NCBI GenBank assembly: GCA_964016885.1
Contig: OZ024740.1
Span: 47,988,001-48,052,000, forward strand
DNA length: 64,000 nucleotides
Reading direction: 5' to 3'
Source of the DNA: Eledone cirrhosa
Taxonomy: Eukaryota
Positions 43,254-55,589 of this stretch are shown piece by piece. The notes beneath the pieces are model-generated. The model was not told where the DNA came from, made no database searches, and saw only the letters and a list, made by a program, of their open reading frames with translations. The number at the start of each line of letters is the position of its first letter. Position 1 is the first letter of the stretch. The translations under genes and the position numbers were made by a program.

Positions 43254-44203
43254 TGCGGTTGATTAAATAATGTACCTGTCAACTTGAGGTTAATTTCATC
43301 AACCTATTGCCTGAAACCAATATTGGGCAGGATCATTAGTGAATATAACAAAATGTTTTGCAGTATTTGTTGAGTTCAAATAGTGCTTAAGTTAACTTTG
43401 CTTTTTACCATTTGTTTTTTTTTGTTTTTTTTTAATAAACAAATATAGTTGAGCACTCTGGTCAATATAGTCAGATTGTCCCTACCCCCAAATCGCTGGC
43501 TTTGTACTTAAATAAGAAACCAGTATTGTACTTCCATATTTTTAGCTAAAACATTAAACATTTACAATTGGATGCCCTTTCAGTCACTAATTACTCAACT
43601 CTGAAATGAGGACTAGAGCCCGTTTGTTTCTTTTTTTGTCAGTCTGACAGTTTGAAGCCAAGTTATGAATGGCTATAAGATTTGATCACAATATAAGTAG
43701 ACACGCACTATAACCTCACATTCTTATATATTTCTCATGTTCATTAGATTAACAATTGCAATGTAGTGTATTTCAGAAGAAATGTAATAAACAGGTTAAT
43801 ATGGTATTTAGACTAGGTTGTCAGTATGGATAAAATACATGTAAAATTGAAAAAAAGAAAAATAACTGAAGTATCTATTCTCCACTGGAATTTGAAGTGA
43901 CCCATTAAATAAATAAAATAAAAAATTCAAGAATGTTCTTGTATCTATGAAAAAGCTGTTTTAGTTTAGATATTTGCCATTGTATAACTATTTCTTCCTT
44001 TGTTCTATTCACTATTTAATCCTTTTATTGCCATACTTTCTAATAAAAGACATGGACAATGATTTTCAAGTAAGTTTGAAAATAATCATGAATTTAGAGG
44101 GATTTAATCAATTAACTTTCTCATTAAGTTGGTGTTTGGAACATAGCAAAGGTTCTTACATAAAATTCTGATGGAAGGTTTTTAGAGAAATATAATAACA
44201 AAG

Positions 44204-44534
44204 ATTATTGTGGACAGTGCTCAGGTGCACTACAACTCATCAAAGATGCATGTATAGTACATAGAATAACATCCAAATGTCAGGAAAGTGCATGAGTCAT
44301 GATATACAAACAGACACACACACACACGTGTGTGTGTGCGTGTGTATGGAGGAGGAATATCAGGTGTAGTGTTGGCGAATTTTGGGAAGCATGGACTGTC
44401 CCAACAGCTAATAACTGTTGCAGGTAATTTGCTCCAAGCTTCAGCAACTCTAAGCATGAAAAAATGTTTCCGAAAGTCATGGCAGCTGTACTGTTTTCTG
44501 ATTTTGTAAGCATGTCCACATGTGTTAGACATAT
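44204..44534 (-). mobile_element. 3' end of the second CR1-type family
   Basis: GHAYKIRKQYSCHDFRKHFFMLRVAEAWSKLPATV; same 3' UTR as 19510-19680. Confidence 0.8.
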
Positions 44535-45170
44535 GGCATATGCAGTATTTTAAAGATTATTGAAGGTTTTGGAGGGATCTCCTAAAATTATTAATTATTT
44601 CATTATTAAAATTGTATTTGTATTTAATAAAAAGACATACAAATAATGTTGGAAAGCTTTAATTTAATTAGGAAACTTTTGAAATGGGTGATTTTGTTTT
44701 ATAGAACCAGAGGCGATTTTTGGTAGTCTGTTATAAAAATGATTAAAGGGACATCTTGTGCACATCTTTCTATATATAGCTTGATAGTGAAAGAGTTGAA
44801 GTATAAGACTTGTTTTCATCTTAATACCTTTTTTTTTTCAGAAGACATTTTTGTTTCTTTTCACTTGAACAGATTCATTCTGTTAAGCATGTTGTATGGA
44901 GATTTCACCAATTTCAGAATTTCTTGGAGAGAATGAGCTGGAGAGGTTTCTTATTGCCTGCACCAAGTGTGTAATTGTTAATTACATAGTAATGTTAATC
45001 ACATAATGCTACTGCTGATTAGTGTGCTGCAACTCTCCATGGTATCTATTTATAGTTAAATTGACTAGGCAACTAAGAAGTGTTTTAGTTTGGGACACAG
45101 GACTACAAAATGTTGACTATTCAACTGGTAGACCACACACAATAGATGCAGTAAGTTACAAAATATACAT

Positions 45171-45358
45171 TCTCTTTCTCTCACTCCTCCTCTCTCTCTC
45201 TCCCTCCTCCTCTCTCTCTCTCCCTCTCTCTCACTCTCACACTCTCCTCTCTCTCCTCCCCTCTCTCTCCTCCCCCCTCCCCCCCTCTCTCTCCTCCCCT
45301 CTCTCTCTCCTCCCCTCCCCTCTCTCTCCTCCCCTCTTTCTCCTCCCCTCTATCTCTC
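45171..45358. repeat. (CT)/C-rich polypyrimidine tract
   Basis: Direct inspection. Confidence 0.9.
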
Positions 45359-46001
45359 ATGGTTTAACAAAATTTCAAAAATGAATTTCAAAATTTTTTT
45401 AGTTTTATGATTTGATAGAATTTAAATCTTTCAGTAGGAGTAAATGTTTGTATTTTGACTTTTTTTTTAATAGAAAACCACCTGAAACTACCCCTGGTTT
45501 TATGATATAAAAGTATTTCTTTTAAAAACCTCCCATCATAGTTTTATGTTCCAAACACCGGCCTGATAATAAGAAAGTTATATTACTAAATTCATCCAAA
45601 TTTTTTAATTAATTTTTCTAAATTATTTCAAAATCATAGACAATGTCTTTTATTAGAAATATGGTATGAATGGGTTAAAGGTTTGTCATTTTACTTGATT
45701 CACTCATAGAACCTATGGTTTCTGGTCATAGATTATTATTGTGATTTGATCTTGACAGTCAACAAAAAAGACAGCGTTCAGTAGCAATTCAGTAATTAGA
45801 GATTATTAGATATTTTCATTTTAGATTAAGGAATGGCCATTTCAAAAATATAATTCTTATATCTTACTGTTTTTCTGAAAAAGATGCTATATGTGCATAC
45901 TCAGACATATGCATACATGCATGCATACACACACTAAATTTCTTTTTTTAAATACATTATTATAGGGAAACAAAAAGGAAAACTTTATTAGAACATTAAA
46001 T

Positions 46002-46397
46002 AATAATGTTTCTACTTTTGGCACAAGGCCAGCAATTACCCCAGTGCATTACTGGTGCTTTATTTTATTGACCCTGTAAGGATAAAAGGCAAAGCTAACC
46101 TTGGTGGGATTTTAACTCAGAACGTAACGGGACATAACTCTATGCCGCAAAGCATGGTGTCTGACATGCTACCAATCCTGCCAAACTACCAAATGTTAAA
46201 TAATAATAATTGTTTCTACTTTTGGCACAAGGCCAGCAATTATCACAGTGCATTACTGGTACTTTATTTTATCGACCCCATAAGGATGAAAGGCAAAGTT
46301 AACCTCGGCGGGATTTGAACTCAGAATGGCAAGGGCCGTAACTCTATGCGTCAAAGCATGGCGTCCGACCCTCTACCGATACTGCCAATCCACTGCC
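46002..46397 (-). mobile_element. Two tandem S1 SINEs in the tail of a CR1 3' fragment (46400-46522)
   Basis: Copies at ~46002-46190 and ~46206-46397, each bounded by TTAAATAATAAT. Confidence 0.88.
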
Positions 46398-47372
46398 AAT
46401 TGTTAAATAATAATGAAAATTATTGTGTACAGTGCTCAGGTGCGCTACAACTCATCAAAGGTGTATGTATAGTACATAGAATAATGTACAAATGTCAGGG
46501 AAGTGAACAATGTATAAGTCATGGTAAAACTTCACCTCGTATGTCTGGTTAATGTTGTTTGTGTAATTTTCTAAACCATTCCTTTTATTTAAACTGCAAT
46601 TCAATACTAATGTATTATCAACTGAAAGTCATTATTTGTTTATTATAGTCTTTTCCACACAATAAAAAGAGCAGATTGACTGTTTGAAGACCCTTTTGCT
46701 GACTATATTTGGTTAAGGGAGATAATTTAAATGGCCTGGCCATTTTTCTTCTCTTCTTCTTCTGAGTGAATATAGCATTATCAGCAAGGCTAACTTTGGT
46801 ATATTATAATGTGATCTTTGAAGAGTTAAAGTCAATGTCAGAAATAAGATAAACCTGTAAAGTGCACCACCTAATGCTTAGTGTTTGGTTCATAAACATA
46901 AGGCTGTGGGGTTGATTTCTTGATCATGTGGCACATTGTGTTCTTGGGCAAACTGGTTAATGTCACTTTATTTTTCATAGGACTGGAACCCCTATCATTA
47001 AAACTCCCCCCAAACCTCCCATGAGATGCAACTTGGTAGAAAGCCAGTAAAACCTACATAGGTGTTAATTGTAAATTTATTTCATTTCAGAACTATTTTT
47101 ATGATTTCACTGTGACACATAACCTACAGGTAAACCATGTCATTTTTACCTGATATGGTTATATATATATATAATTATTGTGTATATCTTTATCTTTGAT
47201 ATGAATGGAATCATAATAGAAGACTAAGGCTATATGGTTTTAATACTCAGTTAGTTTGAACACAAATTGAGTTGAGAAAGTATCTCCTAAGTTAAGATAA
47301 GCATCCAACAAATCCCGTTAATTCCTCTACAGTTGTTTCAGATACCCTGTATTAACTCTGATGATTCTGAAT

Positions 47373-47597
47373 TTAACCCTTTAGCATTCACATTACTCTA
47401 TATATACTATTATATTTTCATGGTAAAGGCTTTACCGCACATAATCTCACATAATATCGAATCTATGAGATTTTGAAAGTATTTATTTTGAGAACAATAC
47501 CTTAACATCAGTTTGAGCAACCAGTTACAGCCAGTTTCAACAGAAAGAGGTAGAGAATTCTGGCCGGTTTTGGCCGGTTTGAACATTAAAGGGTTAA
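47373..47597. mobile_element. MITE family A
   Basis: TTAA-CCCTTTAGCATTCA ... TGAACATTAAAGGG-TTAA. Confidence 0.85.
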
Positions 47598-48449
47598 ACA
47601 ATATTATGATACATACGTGGATCAAACCAATGGAAGAGCATTTATGTGGTCGCTTGACTTGCTAGAAATAGCAGCTAAATCTCCTTTAAATCACTCTAAA
47701 AAGGATACATTATGCCCCCCCCCCCAAAAAAAAAAGACAGGCTGGCCACAGTTGGAACACCTTTCATCATAGATCTGCCAATCACAGTTGACCTGCAGTT
47801 AAACAACAGCAACAACAACTTATAGTTATATTGCCTGGTTGTTTCAGCACCTTAGCCTCACCATCACCTGCAGTAATGCTGCAAGCATGTTGGCTTGCCT
47901 CAAAAATTTCCGTTGACCCTTGTGGTGTGTGGCCAATTGTCACACTTGATGGTTGTTTTTGTTTGTTTTTTTCTCTAGCTTTGATCATATATTTTTGTGT
48001 ATTATATATGTGAGGTTTCTAGCAATAATTGTTTTATTGTAATATTCCTTACAGTTTCTAGAATTATCTATCTATGCAAATATTCACTCCCCTTTCCTTA
48101 ACACATGGTTCAAGAATGTCAAACAATGACCTTAAGTGTAGAAGCAGACATGTATGCCTTCCTCTGCTGAGTTCAAATTACATCAAGGGTTAACTTCCAT
48201 GCCCTCGTCCTCCTTCCAGTTTGAAACAATAATATAAACACCAATTTCTAAAACCCATTCAGTTAGCTGAGGCTGTAACAAATGAAATAAATACAAAGGT
48301 GTGGTTATTACTTGTTGAAAATTATCATAATTGCGGTATACAAATCAACCAAGCCATTAAGTTGATCTTAAAATTCTTAGTTCTATACCTACTGTATATT
48401 TCAAACCCCACCCTTCGAACATATGATAGGCCTTATTGGAGTTGTTCTT

Positions 48450-49930
48450 AGTGACGGGTGTCTTAGGAGTGTTTTAACTAATGACTATAATATATGTACT
48501 GTTATAGTTATAACGACGGCGAAGATTCGAAACCGAATCTGAGCTTTCCCGCCTCTGGGACAAGCCGTGGTAACTTGTTTACGCTCAAGAGACTAACCAA
48601 AGTTCAGAGGATATATCTATCCTTCTAACTTCAACTCTTATAAATACAGGGATTGTTTACGCCTCGAATAGAAAAGAAGTGATATACAGACAAGACAAGT
48701 CGCATTTACAAGCTCTCGTCACGAAATACCAGTCTGTCACTTATTCTCACCTTCCTGGCTGATCGCTGACTCTTGCAATACAAATAAGTAAATATACTGA
48801 TACGCCGCACACACGCATTCATAGTGAGTCCAGCATTTGTACACGCACCATTCATTTCTGTTTACACATATTGTACTACTACCACTGCTAGCTGCAAAAG
48901 GCTTCTCCCTTAGAATGAAAGGCAGACTGTATGATGCGTGTATCCGAACAGCGATGTTGCATGGTAGTGAGACCTGGGCGCTGAAGGTAGAAGACTTACG
49001 TAGATTAGAGAGAAACGAAGCCTGCATGCTCCGATGGATGTGTAACAGTAATATACGTGAACGACAAAGCATAAAGGAATTGAGAGAGAGACTGAGCATA
49101 AGAGGAATCAAATGCTGCGTGCAGGAGAGGCGGTTACGCTGGTATGGACATGTGATGCGTATGAAGGATGACAGCTGCATAAAAAGGTGCAGAGCACTAG
49201 AAGTTGATGGAAACTGCGGAGTGGGGAGACCCAAGATGACTTGGGATGAGGTGATAAAAGCCGACCTTACCCAACTACACCTCTCAAAGTCAATGACACA
49301 CGACCGTGACTTCTGGCGTCACGCAGTAATACAGGGTACCTGACCTCCCATGGGTACATGCTGAAGCATATAAACAATATGCCCCCACTCCCCCCACCGC
49401 AAGGTGGTCGTGGAGGTGCCACGGCAAAAAAGCACCCAGCCCACACTGTAAAGTGGACGTGTAGGCGCCACGAAAAAGCACCCAGCACTCACTGTAAATG
49501 AGGTTGGTGTTAGGAAGGGCATCCAGCTGTAGAAATCAAGCCAGATCAGTTCCTGTATGAGCAAGGCATGGTCAGCCGACCAGACACTGCCCACAACAGG
49601 ACAACCCGTCTAACCCATGCTAGCGTGGAAGAACGGACGTAAAACGGTGATGATGATGATGATGATGTACCTTTCTGATACAGTACAAATTATATTATAA
49701 TCGTATTCTGTGATACTTGAATTTACGGGGCTCGAAGAGCCACCAAATTATTGTATGAATATTTTGTGTTATTGATTTTATCATTCAATATTCAAATTGA
49801 ATATTGTTATAATAAAATAAACTTTGTAACAACACAATCCTGGTATTTTTCTTTACATCGAAACCACCATACCAACAGTTATATCCATCCATCAACTTAT
49901 CGTTACAACCACACATAATATTCCGTTACA
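48450..49930 (+). mobile_element. Possible solo LTR interrupted by an RTE
   Basis: CpG-retaining unique segment with TATAAATA (~48638), AATAAA (~49811) and a ..CCGTTACA end that loosely mirrors GTGACGG at ~48451; 5' boundary and TSD unresolved. Confidence 0.35.
48875..49666 (+). mobile_element. RTE family 2, 5'-truncated
   Basis: [37 protein letters not shown]; 3' UTR and (GAT)n tail; TGTAC on both sides. Confidence 0.93.
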
Positions 49931-50797
49931 TAGTAAAACATTATAGGATACCTTCTACAAAGTAGCTATGGAAATCTTACTCATTAATGACTGTTAGCGT
50001 TGTTCTATTGGATGGTTATAACATACCTTATTTGATGGCATAAACGATCCCCTCACTTTTTTTACCGAAATGGCTAAAAAAAATCATCCAGGTCTTATAT
50101 GTGAAGTTGAAGTATTAATAATTTATTTATTTAATGAAGTTAAATGGCTGTATAGAACTTGTAAGCAATGACAGACTAAAGGAGGTATCTAGTACCCTTG
50201 TTAAGAAACAAAAACAAGATAGCCGGGGAAGATTAAAAAAAAGTATGGGGCAGAAGGAAGCAAAAGAAGCAATAAATAAGATTTTTTAAAATGAAAAGCA
50301 AGGACAGCTATATAGCAGTTAAATGTTTCTGTTGTTGAACCTTTAGCTTCCATGATCTGAAACATTGTGTTTATAGTTAATAAATATTTGACAATATATT
50401 GTATTTCCAATCTTGGTAGCATTTTAAAGATCAGTTTCAAGATGTCCTCTTTCTCTCAGACTAGTAAGTTTCTGCATTGGAACAACTGAGCAGTTTCCAC
50501 AAGAACATAGACATTATTCTCTATAACCTGTTTATGATAAAATATAGTTTAATGGTATATGGCCGATTCAAAGCCAGCATAATCTTTATTTATTAACATT
50601 GGTAAGTGACTGGTATGTTTAAAATGTTGACAGATCTGACTAAGATAAATGTTTACACGTATACACACAAAAATTGTTTTCTTAATATTCCCTGCTGAAA
50701 TGGAGCCTGGAGCTTTATATGTATGAATGCCCTATATGCCTTCAAATATGGTAACTACTGTATATTATATGATAAAACATATGATAAAATATGATAA

Positions 50798-50987
50798 GGG
50801 CGGTGGATTGGCAGTATCAGTAGAGGGTCGGATGCCATGCTTTGCAGCATAGTTACGGCTCTTTATGGTCTGAGTTGAAATCCCGCCGAGATTAACATTG
50901 CCTTTCATCCTTACAGGGTCGATAAAATAAAGTACCAGTAATACACTGGGATAATTGCTGGCCTTGTGTCAAAAGTAGAAACAATTA
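50798..50987 (+). mobile_element. SINE family S1
   Basis: Full head, core and tail. Confidence 0.9.
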
Positions 50988-51021
50988 TATAAAACATGAT
51001 AGTACAACTTCTACAACATAC

Positions 51022-51137
51022 TTAATCTTTAGCACGCTAGACATTTTTATGAATTGCTTCCCTTGACATTGCTTTATATATTAAGGGGAGATTATTCTAT
51101 TGGTGACATGATGCATCTAGAGCGTGCTAAAGATTAA
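51022..51137. mobile_element. Small TTAA-flanked MITE
   Basis: TTAA-TCTTTAGCACGCTAGA ... TCTAGAGCGTGCTAAAGA-TTAA. Confidence 0.75.
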
Positions 51138-51799
51138 GTAAACAGAACTTTATCGCTACACTTTATTATTTGCATCAGTGGTGCAAACCAACAGCCAAAG
51201 GTGTTACCAAGCTCACATGGCCAACAGCAAAATGTGTTTACCTAACTACAAGAAACAGATATCTAGTTTCTCTGGAAAAGTTACCTGTGTGATACTAGCA
51301 TCCAGTCCATGAGGAAGATTCATCTCTCGTTTATCCACTTAACCCTTTAGATACTAACCCAAACAAAACTGGCTCTGGCTTTAAAAATAAATCCACGCTT
51401 TTTAAAGGGTTCCTATTTAAATTCATATCTCTCAATGTAATTTTATATAAGTTACTATCTTATTAAGTTACTGTCCTATTAATGAAATAATTAATAATTC
51501 TAGCAAATCCCTCAAAATTCTTCATTAATTTAATTGAAATAAATTGTATTTCATTAGAAATATGGTAATGAAACAGTTACTGCTATACAAACTGGAGTTA
51601 ACCACTGGATTTATGTTGGCATGCACGTTGACTCATATCTGAGAGCAAATATATAACTAAAATACATTAAAAAATTGTTTATGTAACTAGACACTGAGTT
51701 ATAGTTATATAGCATGAGGGTGCTCATAAATACATTAACATGCATGTATATGCAGGGATATGAGCAACAAGGTCGCATGATCAACATCCTGCATGCAAA

Positions 51800-52680
51800 T
51801 TATGTCAATGATGATGATGTATTTGTATCCTTTAACACTCAGGTCCAGTGTGTGTACCAGCATGGCACTAATACATTTGGCGTTCCCGTTTCCACCTTCA
51901 ACACCACTTCTTCTTATTATGTCCACAAGAGTGTCAGCTACAAAGCTTGGCTAGAGGTGGGTCCACCACAGCTGAACACATTGCTGTTCTTTCTCATTAA
52001 ATTCTGCCAAGTCAAATGCTGTGGAGGGGTGTTTCAGCAGGGTCATATCAGGAGGTGCTGCGTAGTCTGTTGTTCGATGCTGCAGTCACACACAACGTCC
52101 ACATCCTTTAAATATCCCAATTTTGCCAGATTGGGTTTTGGACGACCAACACCAGATCTTAATCTGTTGAGGCATTTCCACACTGCATAGTTTGTATCTG
52201 CTCCAGAGGAGGGGAGAATGCCTCTCTCGCATTTAGTTCCATTGTTGTTAGAGATGGGAGGTTGTTAAGTTTTTCTTCCCAGCGAGTGACTCTTTCACTA
52301 CTTATGCTTGATGTTCCAAGGGGTGTGACGCTCTTTAGGAAACTTTTCCTGGATTTAAAGTGGCTTTTGGCTGGCACATGTCCAAAGAGAGGATGTTTTT
52401 GATCTGTAGTCTGTTGTTGATTCTCTTTCTTGCTTGCTGCACTTCGTTGTATCTCTGGTGGGGCTATGCCTGCCAGGATATGCAGATGGTCCATAGGTAT
52501 AGATTTCAGGCAGCCTGTGATAAGGTAGCAGCTAGCATTGAAAGTGGGATCTAGCTTCTGGACATGGACAGCTTGCTCCCATACTGGGCATGCATACTCA
52601 GCAGCTGAGTAGCCGAAATCTAGTGCAGTTGACTTCAGAGTCTATGGGTTTGTACCCCAGCTGGTGCCAGTGAGCTTGCA
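51800..52680 (-). mobile_element. Vingi/Ingi-like LINE, decayed 3' portion
   Basis: GTSWG..YSAAEYACPVWE..LITGCLK..HILAGIAPPEIQR..WKCLNRLRSGVGR..CDC..QTTQHLL. Confidence 0.72.
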
Positions 52681-52715
52681 CCTCCACTAAAACCATATCA
52701 AGATCTTCTATTCTC

Positions 52716-52890
52716 CATCTCCACCACCAACACCACACTCCTATCCTTTATCTCCACCACCAACACCACACTCCTATCCTTTATCTCCACCACCAACACC
52801 ACACTCCTATCCTTTATCTCCACCACCAACACCACACTCCTATCCTTCATCTCCACCACCAACACCACACTCCTATCCTTATCACCACAC
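52716..52890. repeat. 33-bp minisatellite, about 5 copies
   Basis: TCTCCACCACCAACACCACACTCCTATCCTTTA starting at 52718, 52751, 52784 and onward. Confidence 0.92.
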
Positions 52891-53546
52891 TCTTGTCCTT
52901 CATCTCACATCCTTGACTGTTTTTCTAAATACTAACTTATTTCTCCTTCATCTCCATAGCCCTCACTACCACCAGTCATCCTTATCTCCTCCCCCACCTC
53001 CTGCCCCTACACCCCTATCCCAACCAAACAATAACACCACATGTGTATGTGCAGTACCACACCACAGCATGTTGATACCTGAATAAACCACACCCTTCAG
53101 CAACACCTGGACTTGTTTCCCTAAACACTGACCTGCCACTATCAGCCATCCCCTTCGCCCACACACACTGACCCATCATCTTCACTGAAAACAGCCCCCT
53201 CCCCTCTCGCCATATGTGTGTGTATGTATATATCTGTGTATGTGTCTGTGCGTGTGCATCTATGTCTGCTCTGCCTTTATCTTGGTTTTCTTTTACTTCT
53301 TCCACTAAACTTGCCCTTCCTCTTTATTTTTCACTTGCCTGCTGTGATTCTGTTTTCAATGTTGACCTTACCTTCGTTGTAACCCCCCCCCCCCCCCCCC
53401 CAATGATGCCTCCCTATACTAGTCCATACAACCATGAGAATTTTACCAGTTAGATAGGTGCCTCTTAAGTACAAAATTGCTCTAACAACTCTGCCAATCC
53501 ACCACCTTATAATAATTATTTCTAATACTGGCACAATGTTATAATA

Positions 53547-53731
53547 TACCGTATATGCCAGCGTACAAGTCGATCCGGCGCATAGGTCGACCCCTAAAAT
53601 TCTGAGATGTAATTCAGGTGAAGCAGCACGCATACTTCCACATTTTATATTCGGCGGACAAGTCGACCCTTGATTTTGGAGAGATATTTTTTAGGCTCCA
53701 AATGTCGACTTGTACACCAGCATATACGGTA
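53547..53731. mobile_element. TA-flanked Tc1/mariner-superfamily MITE
   Basis: TA-CCGTATATGCCAGCGTACAAGTCGA ... TCGACTTGTACACCAGCATATACGG-TA. Confidence 0.85.
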
Positions 53732-54439
53732 ATATATATTCCATTCTATCAGATATCACTCCCACCACCCTTTATCCCTTCCCCAGATAAATCCCCACCA
53801 CACTTGTCTTAGCTCTTTAGTAGCTTTTCACATCACTATGAGCCAAGACAAAATCAGTTCTGTATGTGAAAGACAAGGTCACATGACCTAGCATTGCCCA
53901 CAACAGGACAACCTATCTAACTCATGCTAGTGTGGAAAAATTGATGTAAAACGGTGATGATGATGATGATATGACCCCCCCCCCCCCCCCACTCACTCTT
54001 TCTCTCCTTAATCACTCTTACTTGTCTCCCACACTTCACTCTGCAAATCCCACTACACTTGTCATACACATAACATCTTACTTGTCATCCTTCTTTATCC
54101 CACCTATCTATTGCCATACACCTATCACTTCATACATGCCACCCCTTTTACCCACTCACCCCCACTGTCCCTAAACATGATTGCCCTATCCCATAAGTCA
54201 AGTCAATGATCAACAACCTCCCTAGTGCTGGTGCCATGGTAAAATGCATTTAGTCCCTACTGTAAAGTGATTGATATTAGGGAGGGCATCCAGCCATAGA
54301 AACCATGCTAAAATGGTATATATGAGCAAGACATGGTCATCTATTTAATTTCAGAACATAATGACCTCTACAACCCAAGAGAGCTTGAAAAATAGACATA
54401 AAGTGGTGGTGATGATATGTATATATAAATGTGTGTGTG

Positions 54440-54729
54440 TGTATACAGTATGACCCCACCCCTCTCCCACTGTAAAGTAGTCGTGTAAGTGTCACAACAA
54501 AAAAGCACTCAGTCCACACTGTTCAGTGGTCGTGTAGGCACCATGGTAAAAAACACCCAGTATTCACTGTAAATGAAGTTGGTGTTAGGAAGGGCATCCA
54601 GCTGTAAAAATCAAACCAAAATCAGTTCTGTATGAGGAAGACATGGTCACCTGACCTGGCATTGCCCACAGCAGGACAACTTGTTTAACCCATGCTAGCG
54701 TGGAAATATGGACATAAAACAATGATGAT
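54440..54729 (+). mobile_element. RTE family 2 3' UTR fragment
   Basis: Similar to 49370-49660. Confidence 0.8.
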
Positions 54730-55589
54730 ATATATATATATCTTTAATGTTCACTATACATACAATGCACACATAGACACACAGTCTTTTCTTTCTCAAA
54801 CTCCCTCTGTGACTCCCCTTTCATGCACACTATCTCATTTTCTCTTACTGATGCACATATATTCTTGGCAAAGCTACTCTCATGTTAAACATGAAATATG
54901 CATCATAGAGCTTTAGAAGTCCCATGTTTTAAAACTCTTCTTTTAAATATTTAAAATAGTAAAACAAAAAAAACAAACAACAAAAAACTCTTGTTAGTAT
55001 TATCATCATCATCATCTGAGTTTCCTTATCTTTGTGTTTGTTAATTCAACCTCTTGTTTGTTATCCAAACAACTTGTTTACTACAAATACTGGGGGTGAT
55101 GGGTGTGTGGGGGGCTGAATTAATCCCTTGAAAATGGAAAAATAATTGGTACTAACCAAATTACAACAAGCAAAAAATTTCATCTTTTATTCTTGTCTAC
55201 CCTTATCTATTTAGGTATGACCAGCATCACATCACATCATGGCTTACTTTGATAAATCGTTTTGCTGAAATAAGTTCTACCTTCTACTATCATTCCATTT
55301 GGCATTTATTTATTTATCGGTTTATTTATTTATCTATCTTTATTTATACATCTTTTTATTTATTTTAATGCTTTTCTATTTAATTTTCCACCTAACCAAT
55401 TTTTATTTATTTATCCATTCATTTTACTTTTTATTGGTATTATAGATCGGATAGCTTCACAAATTCAGATATTTGCATGTTATCAGAATTATTAGAGCTG
55501 ATATTTTATGACTAGATATCCTTTCCTAGTCTTGTATAATACCATTGGTTTGCTATATATATATGTGTGTGTGTGTGTAATATATATAT

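Noticed and set aside
44872-44970. Possible host exon (AG..GT), and similar candidates at ~35764-35791 and ~50460-50601
   Set aside because: Splice-like signals only; no recognisable protein, stops in most frames; needs RNA-seq.
52716-52890. CRISPR-like 33-bp repeats
   Set aside because: Head-to-tail with no spacers, eukaryotic context, no cas genes.
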